From a bacterium (lineage in GTDB: Bacteria > Eisenbacteria > RBG-16-71-46): a stretch of 11,626 bases of DNA. Numbering within the stretch: the stretch's first letter is position 1; every line of letters starts with the position of its first letter. Location: contig JAYWEM010000056.1 of the NCBI GenBank assembly GCA_043779265.1, forward strand, positions 1 to 11,626, read 5' to 3'. A program made the translations under genes and the position numbers. The notes below the pieces were generated by a model, which saw only the letters and a program-made list of their open reading frames with translations, had not been told where the DNA came from and did no database searches. Positions 1-7,232 of this stretch are shown piece after piece.

Positions 1-1
1 C

Positions 2-175
2 GCGCTCGCGAACGATCCGCTGGTCGAGCTGGGGCTCGCGTGTCTGGTCGCCGGGGTCGGGCTCCTGTGAGGCGGCAGGCGCGGCCGAGATCGAGAGCAG
101 GAGCGCCAGGAGGAGCGCCAGGAGGAGCCCCGTGAGATGGAGCCCGCGACGAGATGACGGCAGAAGCCGGGTCAT
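2..175 (-). CDS. N-terminus of a secreted/exported protein (partial, continues off the left edge)
   Basis: Hand translation from ATG at 175 gives MTRLLPSSRRGLHLTGLLLALLLALLLSISAAPAASQEPPTPATRHASPSSTSGSFASA, with no stop before the window edge. It has a basic n-region, Leu-rich h-region and Ala-rich cleavage region, i.e. a signal peptide. In-frame alternative ATGs lie at 208 and 220, so the start is uncertain. Not in the ORF track. Confidence 0.65.
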   Translation of the reverse strand, partial: MTRLLPSSRRGLHLTGLLLALLLALLLSISAAPAASQEPDPGDQTREPQLDQRIVRER

Positions 176-275
176 GGGGGCCGCAGGCGGAGTCGGGATA
201 CCGAGCATGAGTCGACGCATGAGGATAACGTCGAACCGTGCCCGAATCGCACGGTGATTCGGCCCAGAAGCTCGA

Positions 276-1184
276 TCAGGGCCGGGTGGCCTGACCCGCT
301 CCATCGAGTGCCGGTGCGGTCCGGCCCAGTTTGGCCATGACCTCCTTCATCCGGGTCACCAGGGGCTCTCGCATGTTCTCGGGGGGCGAGGAGCTCATCG
401 CGCGGTGGTACTGGTCGAGCGCCTTCTCATGCTCGCCTCGCTGCTCATGGACGATGCCCATGTTGAACAGCGCGACCGGGTGATGGTGGTCGAGCCGGAG
501 GGCGTGTGCGAACTGAGCCTCGGCCTCCACCGCCTTGCCGAGGTTGTAGTAGCAGACGCCCATGTCGACCCAGGTCGCGACACGCAGCGAGTCGATGCGC
601 GCGGCGGACTTGTAATGGATCACGGCCTCGGCCCAGTTGCCGGTGTCATAGAGCACATCCGCCAGGGCGATGCGTGCCTCCACCTGCGTCGAGTCGCGCC
701 CGAGCGCTTCGCGCGCCGCGTCGGCCAGCTTCTGCTGGTCCTGCTTCGCACCTTCGACCTTCTCGAAGTTGTTCTCGGAGAAGCCGCGGAAGGCAGTGAA
801 GAGCACGACGCCGATGGCCACCGCCCCGACCAGGAGCCAGAGCTGGATCTGGGCGGGATTCGCTGCCCGAGCAGGCCTCGGGCGGAGAGGCCGGAACGGA
901 AGCGCGCCGGGATCGAACCCGCGAGTCGCCGCAGCGGGCGGCGAGCCAGCCGGGGCCTCTTCGGCGGGCGGCGCGGTCTGCGGTTCTGACTCCGGTTCTG
1001 ACTCCGGTTCCGGCTCCGGCTCCGGTTCCGGTTCCGGTTCAGGCTCGGGAGCAGGCGGCGGGACGGCTCCCGCTGGCTCGGGCGAGCGCGGCGCGCCGGA
1101 GATCGGGAAGTTGCAGGCGGGGCAGACGGTGGCGCCCTCGGCGGTTTCGCGCCCGCAACTCGGGCAGGGACTCGGCTGGGACAT
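276..1184 (-). CDS. Zinc-ribbon + Pro/Glu linker + single TM + tetratricopeptide-repeat (TPR) membrane protein, 302 aa
   Basis: Start re-called at ATG 1184 (MSQPSPCPSCG), with GGAG 4 nt upstream. CPSCG...CPACN zinc ribbon, (PE)n linker, TM segment IQLWLLVGAVAIGVVLFTAF, then TPR-like helices (ARIALADVLYDTGNWAEAVIHY, TWVDMGVCYYNLGKAVEAEAQF, ALFNMGIVHEQRGEHEKALDQY). The ORF-track extension to 1583 overlaps the next gene and is rejected. Confidence 0.88.
   Translation of the reverse strand: MSQPSPCPSCGRETAEGATVCPACNFPISGAPRSPEPAGAVPPPAPEPEPEPEPEPEPEPESEPESEPQTAPPAEEAPAGSPPAAATRGFDPGALPFRPLRPRPARAANPAQIQLWLLVGAVAIGVVLFTAFRGFSENNFEKVEGAKQDQQKLADAAREALGRDSTQVEARIALADVLYDTGNWAEAVIHYKSAARIDSLRVATWVDMGVCYYNLGKAVEAEAQFAHALRLDHHHPVALFNMGIVHEQRGEHEKALDQYHRAMSSSPPENMREPLVTRMKEVMAKLGRTAPALDGAGQATRP
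981..1049 (-). repeat. Degenerate 6-bp coding tandem repeat encoding (PE)8-SE-PE-SE-P
   Basis: The + strand reads tccggt/tccggc/tctgac units repeated about 11 times; it translates as the Pro-Glu linker of the TPR protein. Confidence 0.9.
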
Positions 1185-1311
1185 GGAACTCCAAGAGGTT
1201 CGCGAAAGCGATCGGATCTCTCGACGCATGACTCCGCACGGAGTCGTGGCGCACGCTGATGCGGTTAGGAATCTAGCGCGAGCGCCACGCGGGCGCCATG
1301 CGGGCCCGGCC

Positions 1312-1340
1312 TTGTCGTCACCGCCTCCCTCGACTAGCGT
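1312..1340 (+). promoter_or_regulatory. Putative sigma70-type promoter for the FkbM gene
   Basis: TTGTCG (1312-1317), 17-bp spacer, TAGCGT (1335-1340), about 75 bp upstream of ATG 1416. Confidence 0.5.
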
Positions 1341-1415
1341 CCCCACTCCTGCTCGCCCCCTCTCGAGCGCTGCGCGAATCACGATGCGCCCCCACTGCCG
1401 GCCTCGAGGACGAGC

Positions 1416-2258
1416 ATGCCCACTCCCTCCTCCGCGCTGTCCCAGTACCTTGCGCTGATCGCCGCCGCCGAAGGTCCGTCGGACCGGCTGGAGATCGCCC
1501 TGGCAATCGCGCGTGCGAGCGTGCACCGCATCGTTCGCGGTCGCGGCGCCCTGCACGTGCGCCGGGCGGTCACCCTGAGGCACGAGGGCATTCGATACCG
1601 GGTGCCACCGTTCGACAATTCGTTCGTCTCCGCCTCACCCGGTGAAGCCAATGGTCCCGTGGTCCGCGAGCTTCTGGCGCAACTCACCTCGAGACCTCAG
1701 CCGTGGATCCTCGACATCGGGGCCAACATCGGTTTCGTGAGCCTCCTCCTGGCCCAGAGGCACCGCGACCGCCGCGTGCTCAGCGTGGAGCCGATTCCGT
1801 GGCTCGCCGACGCACTTCGCGAATCGGCGCATGCCAACGGCTTCGACCATGTGACCGTGGCGAACTTCGCGCTCGCGGATGCGGCCGAGATCACGCTGGA
1901 AGTGCCGCGCCTGGATGGCGTGTGGTTCACGACGCTCTCCTCGGGGGCGTCGCATGCGAGCGCCGAGGCTCGCACCGTCGAGTGCCAGCAGGTGCGCGTG
2001 CCGGCCATGACGCTCGATGCCCTCTGCCAGCAGGAGTCGATCGGCCCCGAGCAGATCGCGTGCGTCAAGATAGATGTCGAGGGGGCCGAGGCCTGGGTGC
2101 TGGAGACGGGCCGGGCGGCGCTGGCGGCAGGGCCTCCCATTGTGTTCGAGGCACTCACGCCCGAACATCTGGCCGAGATCCGCGGTGTCCTCGACTCGCT
2201 CGGATACGCCGGACTCCGGTCGCTGGATCGCACCAACTTCCTGGCCACGGTGAGCTGA
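1416..2258 (+). CDS. FkbM-family SAM-dependent methyltransferase, 280 aa
   Basis: Motif I ILDIGANIG, SVEPIP, MTLDALC, KIDVEGAE and IVFE are hallmarks of the FkbM (Methyltransf_21) family. GAGGA SD lies just upstream of ATG 1416. Confidence 0.9.
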   Translation: MPTPSSALSQYLALIAAAEGPSDRLEIALAIARASVHRIVRGRGALHVRRAVTLRHEGIRYRVPPFDNSFVSASPGEANGPVVRELLAQLTSRPQPWILDIGANIGFVSLLLAQRHRDRRVLSVEPIPWLADALRESAHANGFDHVTVANFALADAAEITLEVPRLDGVWFTTLSSGASHASAEARTVECQQVRVPAMTLDALCQQESIGPEQIACVKIDVEGAEAWVLETGRAALAAGPPIVFEALTPEHLAEIRGVLDSLGYAGLRSLDRTNFLATVS

Positions 2259-2268
2259 TCCAACGGCA

Positions 2269-2297
2269 TTGTGGCGGCCCCCGAGGCGCGCTACCGT
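2269..2297 (+). promoter_or_regulatory. Putative sigma70-type promoter for the nucleotidase gene
   Basis: TTGTGG (2269-2274), 17-bp spacer, TACCGT (2292-2297), about 75 bp upstream of ATG 2372. Same architecture as the candidate at 1312-1340. Confidence 0.45.
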
Positions 2298-2371
2298 CAG
2301 GGACCCGCATCCCTCGCCCCTGGCCCAGCCCTCGGTCCTCCGATGGCGCCGCGCTCATCCACTGGAGTCCC

Positions 2372-5300
2372 ATGCGCCGTCTGCTCGCGTTCGCCGCGTC
2401 CGTCTGCTCGCTGCTCTCCCTGCTCTCGATCGCGCCGGCCTCGGCCGAGGACCAGCGCGTCACGGTCCTCCACACAACGGACCTGCACGGCACCCTGAGC
2501 GGCTGGGACGATCTGCTCGACCGACCCTCGGCGCGCGGACTCACGCGCATCGCGACACTCGTGAAGCAGGTCCGCGAGGAGGGCACGCCGACGCTGCTGA
2601 TCGATGCCGGCGATGCGCTGGCCGGCAGCCCGCTGGTCCATGTCTGGCGCCGGGGCGATCGCACGAGACCCGAGCCGGTGATCACGGCGATGAACGCCCT
2701 CGGCTATGACGCTCTCGCGCTTGGCAATCATGAGTTCGACTTCGGGAACATCGGCCTCGAAGAGGCGCGTGTGGCCGCCGGCTTCCCGCTGCTCGCCGCG
2801 AACGTCGTGGACGCGGTCACGGGAAAGCCCGCGTTCGAACGTTCACTCGTGCGTGAACTGCCGGGCGGCATCCGCATCGGCATCATGGGGCTCTGCACCC
2901 CCGCCGTTCCGCTGCTCGGGGACTCGTCGACGTGGGGGGGCTACGCGTTCCTCTCGCCTGTCGAAGTGGCCGCTCGCGAGGTCTCTCGCCTGCGCGGCGC
3001 CGAGCGTTGCGATGCGGTGATCGTGCTGGCGCACTTCGGACTCGAGAAGGACCCGCGCACCGGCACGCGGCGAGAGGGCGAGCCGCAGAGCGAGAACTGG
3101 GGCTACCGGCTCGCGACCGAAGTCGCCGGCATCGATGCCATCGTGCTCGGGCACACACACCAGAAGCTGCCGTCGATCGAACTCTCGAACGTGCTCCTGA
3201 CCCAGGCCGGCGCACACGGCGAGGCTCTCGGGCGACTCGACCTCACGTTCACCCGCGCGACCGGCGCCACGCCGTGGTCGCTGCGGGACCGCCGTGCCCG
3301 CCTGCTCGCGGTGGCGGACACGACGGCCGAGGACGCCGAGATGACGGCGCTGGTGGCGGACTACGCCGCCGACACGCGCGCCGCGATGAACGAAGTCGTG
3401 GCGCAGGCACCGCGCCGCCTCGCGGCTCCCGGCGGGCGGTTCAGCGACAACCCACTGTGGCAGATGATCCACGCAGTGCAGTTGGAGTCGAGCGGCGCCG
3501 ACGTCTCGCTGGCGGCGCTGTTCGACCCCAACCAGTCGATCGCAATGGGCCCGGTGCGGGCGCGCGACCTGCTCCGGCTCTATCCGTACGAGAACACGCT
3601 CGCGGTGGTGGAACTCGGCGGCGACGAGTTGCGTGAGGTGCTGGAGCAGAGCGCGCGCTACCTGGCCGAGTACACCTATCAGGACGGGCAGGCGCTGGCG
3701 ACCGGCGCGATCGCGGGCTTCCAGTTCGATATGGCATCGGGCGTCGGCTACGAGGTCGACCTGACGCAACCCGCGGGGCGACGGATCGGCACGATCACGT
3801 TCCGCGGCGCCGAACTGCGAGCCGATCAGAAGGTGCGCGTCGTGGCCAACAGCTATCGGCTCGCCGGCGGTGGCGACTTCGCGAGGCTGCGCCGCACTCG
3901 GCAGATCTGGCGCTCCGAGGCGTCGATGCCCGATCTCCTCGTGAGTTGGGCCAAGCGCAAGGGCACCCTGTCCGTGGCCGAGGAGCGATCGTGGACGCTG
4001 CTGCCGGACTACGCCGCCACGGCCGAGCGACCGCTGATCGACCGCCTTGTGCGGCAGGGCCTCGCCCCTCGCTCCGAAGTCCATCGACTCGGCGCGAACG
4101 ACGTCGCGACGCGCTGGGACCTCGCCTACTGGATCGGCCGCGCCTTCGACTGGCGGTCGCGCCGCCCCTCGGGCGCATGGGCGGATGTTCCGGAATCGCT
4201 CGAAGTGTGGGTGGACGGCGTGCTGCAGCGTCGCGTGCTCGGAGCCGTTGGGCAGGGCGAGCGATTCCAGCCGTTCCGAGCCGCCCCGATGCTGCTGGCG
4301 CTCGATTGGGCCGAGCGCGCGGGGAGAAGCGCTCAGTACGCGCTCGGCTCCAAGCTGGGTGATCCCTCGTTCCGCCGCTCGCTCGTGACCGGCGTCAGCG
4401 TGCTCGGGCCCCAGGGCGAGTTCGTCTACCACGAGACGATCACTCGCGCGCAGTGGTTGGGCATTCTATCGAATCTGCGCTACCCGACCATCCGTGTGCT
4501 CGAGACCACCGACTTCCACGGCGCCATCCTCCCGGGCAGCCGCGAGCGCCGCACGCAGCGACCGATCGGCGGAGCCGAGGCGATCGCCACGTGGATCCGC
4601 AAGCTGCGCGCCGAGAATCCCGAGGGCACGGTGCTGCTGGATGGCGGCGACATGTTCCAGGGCACCATGGTCTCGAACCTCCAGTACGGGCGGCCCGTCG
4701 TCGAGCACATGAACCATCTCGACTACACCGCGGCGGCGATCGGCAATCACGAGTTCGACTGGACCGTCGACACGCTCGTCAATCGCATCCAGCAGATGAA
4801 GTTCTCCGCGCTCGGCGCCAACATCATCGAGCGCCGCAACAACAAGCGCCCGTGGTGGTCCAAGGCCGACACCACCGTGCTGCGTCGCGGCGTGCGCGTT
4901 GGCATCGTCGGCCTCGCTTACCCCGGAACACCCCGCGTCACGATGCCGGCCTACGTCGCGCATCTGCGATTCGACGATGACTCGACGGTCGCGGCCGACC
5001 TGGCGCGGCGGCTTCGGAAGGCCGGTGCGGGGCTGGTCGTCGGCGTGGGCCACATCCCGGGCGAGACCGACTCGACTCGCTCGGTGCGTGGCGACCTGCT
5101 GCGACTGGCCGAGGCGCCGGGCATCGACGCCTGGTTCGGCGGCCACTCGCACAACGTCGTCGAGGATGTCGTCGCCGGGAAGCCGGTGATGATCGCCGGG
5201 GCGCACGGCCAGTGGCTCGCGGTCTGCGACCTGGTGATGGACCCGGTCCGTCGCTCGGTGCTCGAATCCAAACACCGCATGATCCAGGCGTACGGCGACG

Positions 5301-5947
5301 AGGCCGCGCCGGACACGCTGTGGGCGGGCTATGTGCGCCGTTGGAACGCGGAGGTGGGGCCGATCTCCGCCGAGCCCATGGGACGCACCGAGACGGCGCT
5401 GGATCGCCGCCGCCCCGAAGCCACCATCGGGAACCTGATCTGCGACGCGATGCGGTGGGCGTCCAAGGCCGACTTCGCGTTCCAGAATCCGGGCGGGATG
5501 CGCGCCGACCTCGATGCCGGCGACATCCTGCGCGGCGAGGTGTACGCGATCATGCCGTTCGACAACACCATCGTGCTGCTCGAGATGACGGGCGCCGAAG
5601 TGAGACTGGCGCTGGAGCAGTCGCTGCGCGGCGATCGCATCACGCAGGTGAGCGGGCTCCGCTACGCGTTCGACCCCTCGGCCCCGGCGATGTCGCGACT
5701 GACCGAGCTGACGATGGCCGACGGGACGGCGATCGATCCCGATCGCAAGTACACGCTCGCGGCCAACAACTTCATGGCCTCGGGCGGCGACCAGTACGAC
5801 GCCCTCGCTCGCGCTCCCAAGAACGACACCCAGCGCACCATCCGCAATGCGATGGAGGACTACCTGCGCGAGAGCATGAAGGCGGGGCAGGCGCTGCAGG
5901 TTCCCCGCGACGGCCGCATCCGGCAGAGCAGCCGAAGCGGGGACTGA
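2372..5947 (+). CDS. Secreted multifunctional 2',3'-cyclic-nucleotide phosphodiesterase/5'-nucleotidase (two metallophosphoesterase + 5'-nucleotidase C-terminal modules; YfkN-like), 1191 aa
   Basis: Start re-called at ATG 2372 (GGAG at 2364-2367; signal peptide MRRLLAFAASVCSLLSLLSIAPASA-ED). Module 1: HTTDLHG, IDAGD, GNHEFDFG, AHFG, GHTH, then LYPYENTL and ANSYR (CpdB-like). Module 2: ETTDFHG, LDGGD, GNHEFD, GGHSH, then QNPGGMRAD, MPFDN, QVSGL and NNFMASGGDQY (UshA/5'-NT-like). Confidence 0.93.
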   Translation: MRRLLAFAASVCSLLSLLSIAPASAEDQRVTVLHTTDLHGTLSGWDDLLDRPSARGLTRIATLVKQVREEGTPTLLIDAGDALAGSPLVHVWRRGDRTRPEPVITAMNALGYDALALGNHEFDFGNIGLEEARVAAGFPLLAANVVDAVTGKPAFERSLVRELPGGIRIGIMGLCTPAVPLLGDSSTWGGYAFLSPVEVAAREVSRLRGAERCDAVIVLAHFGLEKDPRTGTRREGEPQSENWGYRLATEVAGIDAIVLGHTHQKLPSIELSNVLLTQAGAHGEALGRLDLTFTRATGATPWSLRDRRARLLAVADTTAEDAEMTALVADYAADTRAAMNEVVAQAPRRLAAPGGRFSDNPLWQMIHAVQLESSGADVSLAALFDPNQSIAMGPVRARDLLRLYPYENTLAVVELGGDELREVLEQSARYLAEYTYQDGQALATGAIAGFQFDMASGVGYEVDLTQPAGRRIGTITFRGAELRADQKVRVVANSYRLAGGGDFARLRRTRQIWRSEASMPDLLVSWAKRKGTLSVAEERSWTLLPDYAATAERPLIDRLVRQGLAPRSEVHRLGANDVATRWDLAYWIGRAFDWRSRRPSGAWADVPESLEVWVDGVLQRRVLGAVGQGERFQPFRAAPMLLALDWAERAGRSAQYALGSKLGDPSFRRSLVTGVSVLGPQGEFVYHETITRAQWLGILSNLRYPTIRVLETTDFHGAILPGSRERRTQRPIGGAEAIATWIRKLRAENPEGTVLLDGGDMFQGTMVSNLQYGRPVVEHMNHLDYTAAAIGNHEFDWTVDTLVNRIQQMKFSALGANIIERRNNKRPWWSKADTTVLRRGVRVGIVGLAYPGTPRVTMPAYVAHLRFDDDSTVAADLARRLRKAGAGLVVGVGHIPGETDSTRSVRGDLLRLAEAPGIDAWFGGHSHNVVEDVVAGKPVMIAGAHGQWLAVCDLVMDPVRRSVLESKHRMIQAYGDEAAPDTLWAGYVRRWNAEVGPISAEPMGRTETALDRRRPEATIGNLICDAMRWASKADFAFQNPGGMRADLDAGDILRGEVYAIMPFDNTIVLLEMTGAEVRLALEQSLRGDRITQVSGLRYAFDPSAPAMSRLTELTMADGTAIDPDRKYTLAANNFMASGGDQYDALARAPKNDTQRTIRNAMEDYLRESMKAGQALQVPRDGRIRQSSRSGD

Positions 5948-5953
5948 GCGCGC

Positions 5954-7159
5954 TCAGCGTCCCGTGGTGTTGGCGTCGGCCGGCGGCCCCAGCGGGATGC
6001 CGGCCTGCGTGAAGTAGGTCTTCACCCCGGTCGCCAGCTGCTTCGCCAGATTGTTCTGGAACTCCGGATCGCGCAGCAGCACCACTTCCCGCGGATTGTT
6101 GATGAACGCCGTCTCCACCAGCACCGAGGGGAACTCGACCGACTTGAGCACGGCGAATCCCGCCTGCTTGATGCCGCGCGATGTGACGCGCCGGTCAGCA
6201 GCGATGTGGTCGAGCAGCGTCTCGGCGAGCAACTGGCTGCGCTCGAGCATGGCGTTGCGCTTGACCTCGTAGAGCACGCTCACCACGTCGTCCTCGGCCT
6301 GCGGCGGCACGCCGCCGACGACGTCCGCGGCGTTCTCGAGATCGGCCAGATCCGCATCGGCCTGATCCGTGGCGCCCTTCAGCGACAGGAAGAACACCTC
6401 GGTGCCGCTGCCCATGCCGCGGCGGCGGGACGAGTTGCAGTGGATGCTGATGAACAAGTCCGCCTTGGCCCGCTCGGCGATGCGGTAGCGCTCACGTAGC
6501 GGGATGAAGTAGTCGGTCTCGCGCGTCAGCAGCGGCTGGACGCCCGGGATGCGGGCGAGTTCCGCCGCGAGTTTGCGCGCCACGGCGAGCGTGATGTTCT
6601 TCTCGAACGTGGGCCCCGTGCCGCGAGCCCCCACGTCCTCGCCGCCATGCCCCGCGTCGATCGCGACGATGCGGATACGGTCGCGCTTCTTGTTGCGCGC
6701 GAGATCGGCGAGACGCTGATTCTCGGCCAGCTCGGCCGAGATGCGGATGACATCGACGACCACGCGGAAGGGCCGGTCCTCGCCTGCGGGCAGCGTGAAC
6801 ACGTGGAATCGCGTCCCGGCTGCCATCGTCAGGCGGACGCGGGCACCGGAGCGATCGAACGTCACCCAGACGGAGTCGACCGCGCTGTCACCCACAGCGA
6901 TCACCGGCGCGAGATCGGGTGCCGGGATCAGGCCGGGAAACGGCAACGCGACGACCAGTTCGCGCCCGGAACCCGTGTCGGGTGCGACCGGGGCGACGGG
7001 TCCTTCGAGATCGATGACGATCCGGGTGTGGACCGGCGCCGACCAACTTCGCACGCCCGTCAGCAGCAGCGCGGTCGGACTCTGGGCGTGCGCGCTGACT
7101 GCCCCCCAGCTGGTGAGGAGCATGGCGAGGGCGCTTCGCATCCATGTGATTCGCCGCAT
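5954..7159 (-). CDS. N-acetylmuramoyl-L-alanine amidase (AMIN-like domain + Amidase_3; AmiC/AmiB-like), 401 aa
   Basis: Start re-called at ATG 7159 (strong SD GAGGAGG upstream; signal peptide ending AHA-QS). AMIN-like HTRIVIDL...FRVVVDV; catalytic motifs IDAGHGGED, EKNITL, FISIHCN and VLVETAFINN; autoinhibitory-type helix ATDQADADLADLENAAD. Confidence 0.93.
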   Translation of the reverse strand: MRRITWMRSALAMLLTSWGAVSAHAQSPTALLLTGVRSWSAPVHTRIVIDLEGPVAPVAPDTGSGRELVVALPFPGLIPAPDLAPVIAVGDSAVDSVWVTFDRSGARVRLTMAAGTRFHVFTLPAGEDRPFRVVVDVIRISAELAENQRLADLARNKKRDRIRIVAIDAGHGGEDVGARGTGPTFEKNITLAVARKLAAELARIPGVQPLLTRETDYFIPLRERYRIAERAKADLFISIHCNSSRRRGMGSGTEVFFLSLKGATDQADADLADLENAADVVGGVPPQAEDDVVSVLYEVKRNAMLERSQLLAETLLDHIAADRRVTSRGIKQAGFAVLKSVEFPSVLVETAFINNPREVVLLRDPEFQNNLAKQLATGVKTYFTQAGIPLGPPADANTTGR

Positions 7160-7180
7160 CGGACCTCCTCTATAGAGGCT

Positions 7181-7211
7181 GCGGGTCCCGGGGGCAAGCC
7201 CCAGGACCCGC
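7181..7211 (-). other. Intergenic RNA stem-loop between degP and the amidase
   Basis: The minus-strand RNA GCGGGUCCUGGGG-CUUG-CCCCCGGGACCCGC forms about 13 bp (one G-U pair, one bulged C) with a G-CUUG-C loop. No U-tract follows. Confidence 0.65.
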
Positions 7212-7232
7212 TTGGCCTGGCTCATCGTGTGG

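Noticed and set aside
97..128. Short direct repeat gcaggagcgccaggaggagcgccaggaggagc
   Set aside because: Explained by Leu/Ala codons (LLLALLLALLL) of the signal peptide on the minus strand; not CRISPR-like.
236..262. Inverted repeat CCGAATCGC-acg-GTGATTCGG downstream of the TPR gene
   Set aside because: Short stem without a U-tract; not enough to call a terminator or operator.
670..1458. 262-aa + strand ORF with a GSGSGS repeat
   Set aside because: Antisense mirror of the TPR gene's Pro-Glu repeat; no recognisable domain.
1185..1583. N-terminal extension of the TPR ORF
   Set aside because: Overlaps fkbM on the opposite strand and crosses the promoter region; an SD-supported start exists at 1184.
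1703..2371. 223-codon N-terminal extension of the 1414-aa ORF overlapping fkbM
   Set aside because: Arg/Gly/Pro-rich shadow translation typical of GC-rich DNA; the SD and signal peptide place the real start at 2372.
2843..4432. 529-aa antisense ORF, and similar long shadow ORFs (4466-5275, 7212-8270, 9787-10923, 8681-9496)
   Set aside because: Stop-poor alternative frames are expected opposite GC-rich genes; they have no motifs and overlap well-supported CDSs almost entirely.
7139..7159. Possible Tat signal (MRRITW) on the amidase, as in E. coli AmiC
   Set aside because: Lacks the S/T-R-R-x-F-L-K consensus; MRR/IRR starts also occur in the Sec-type signal peptides of neighbouring genes.
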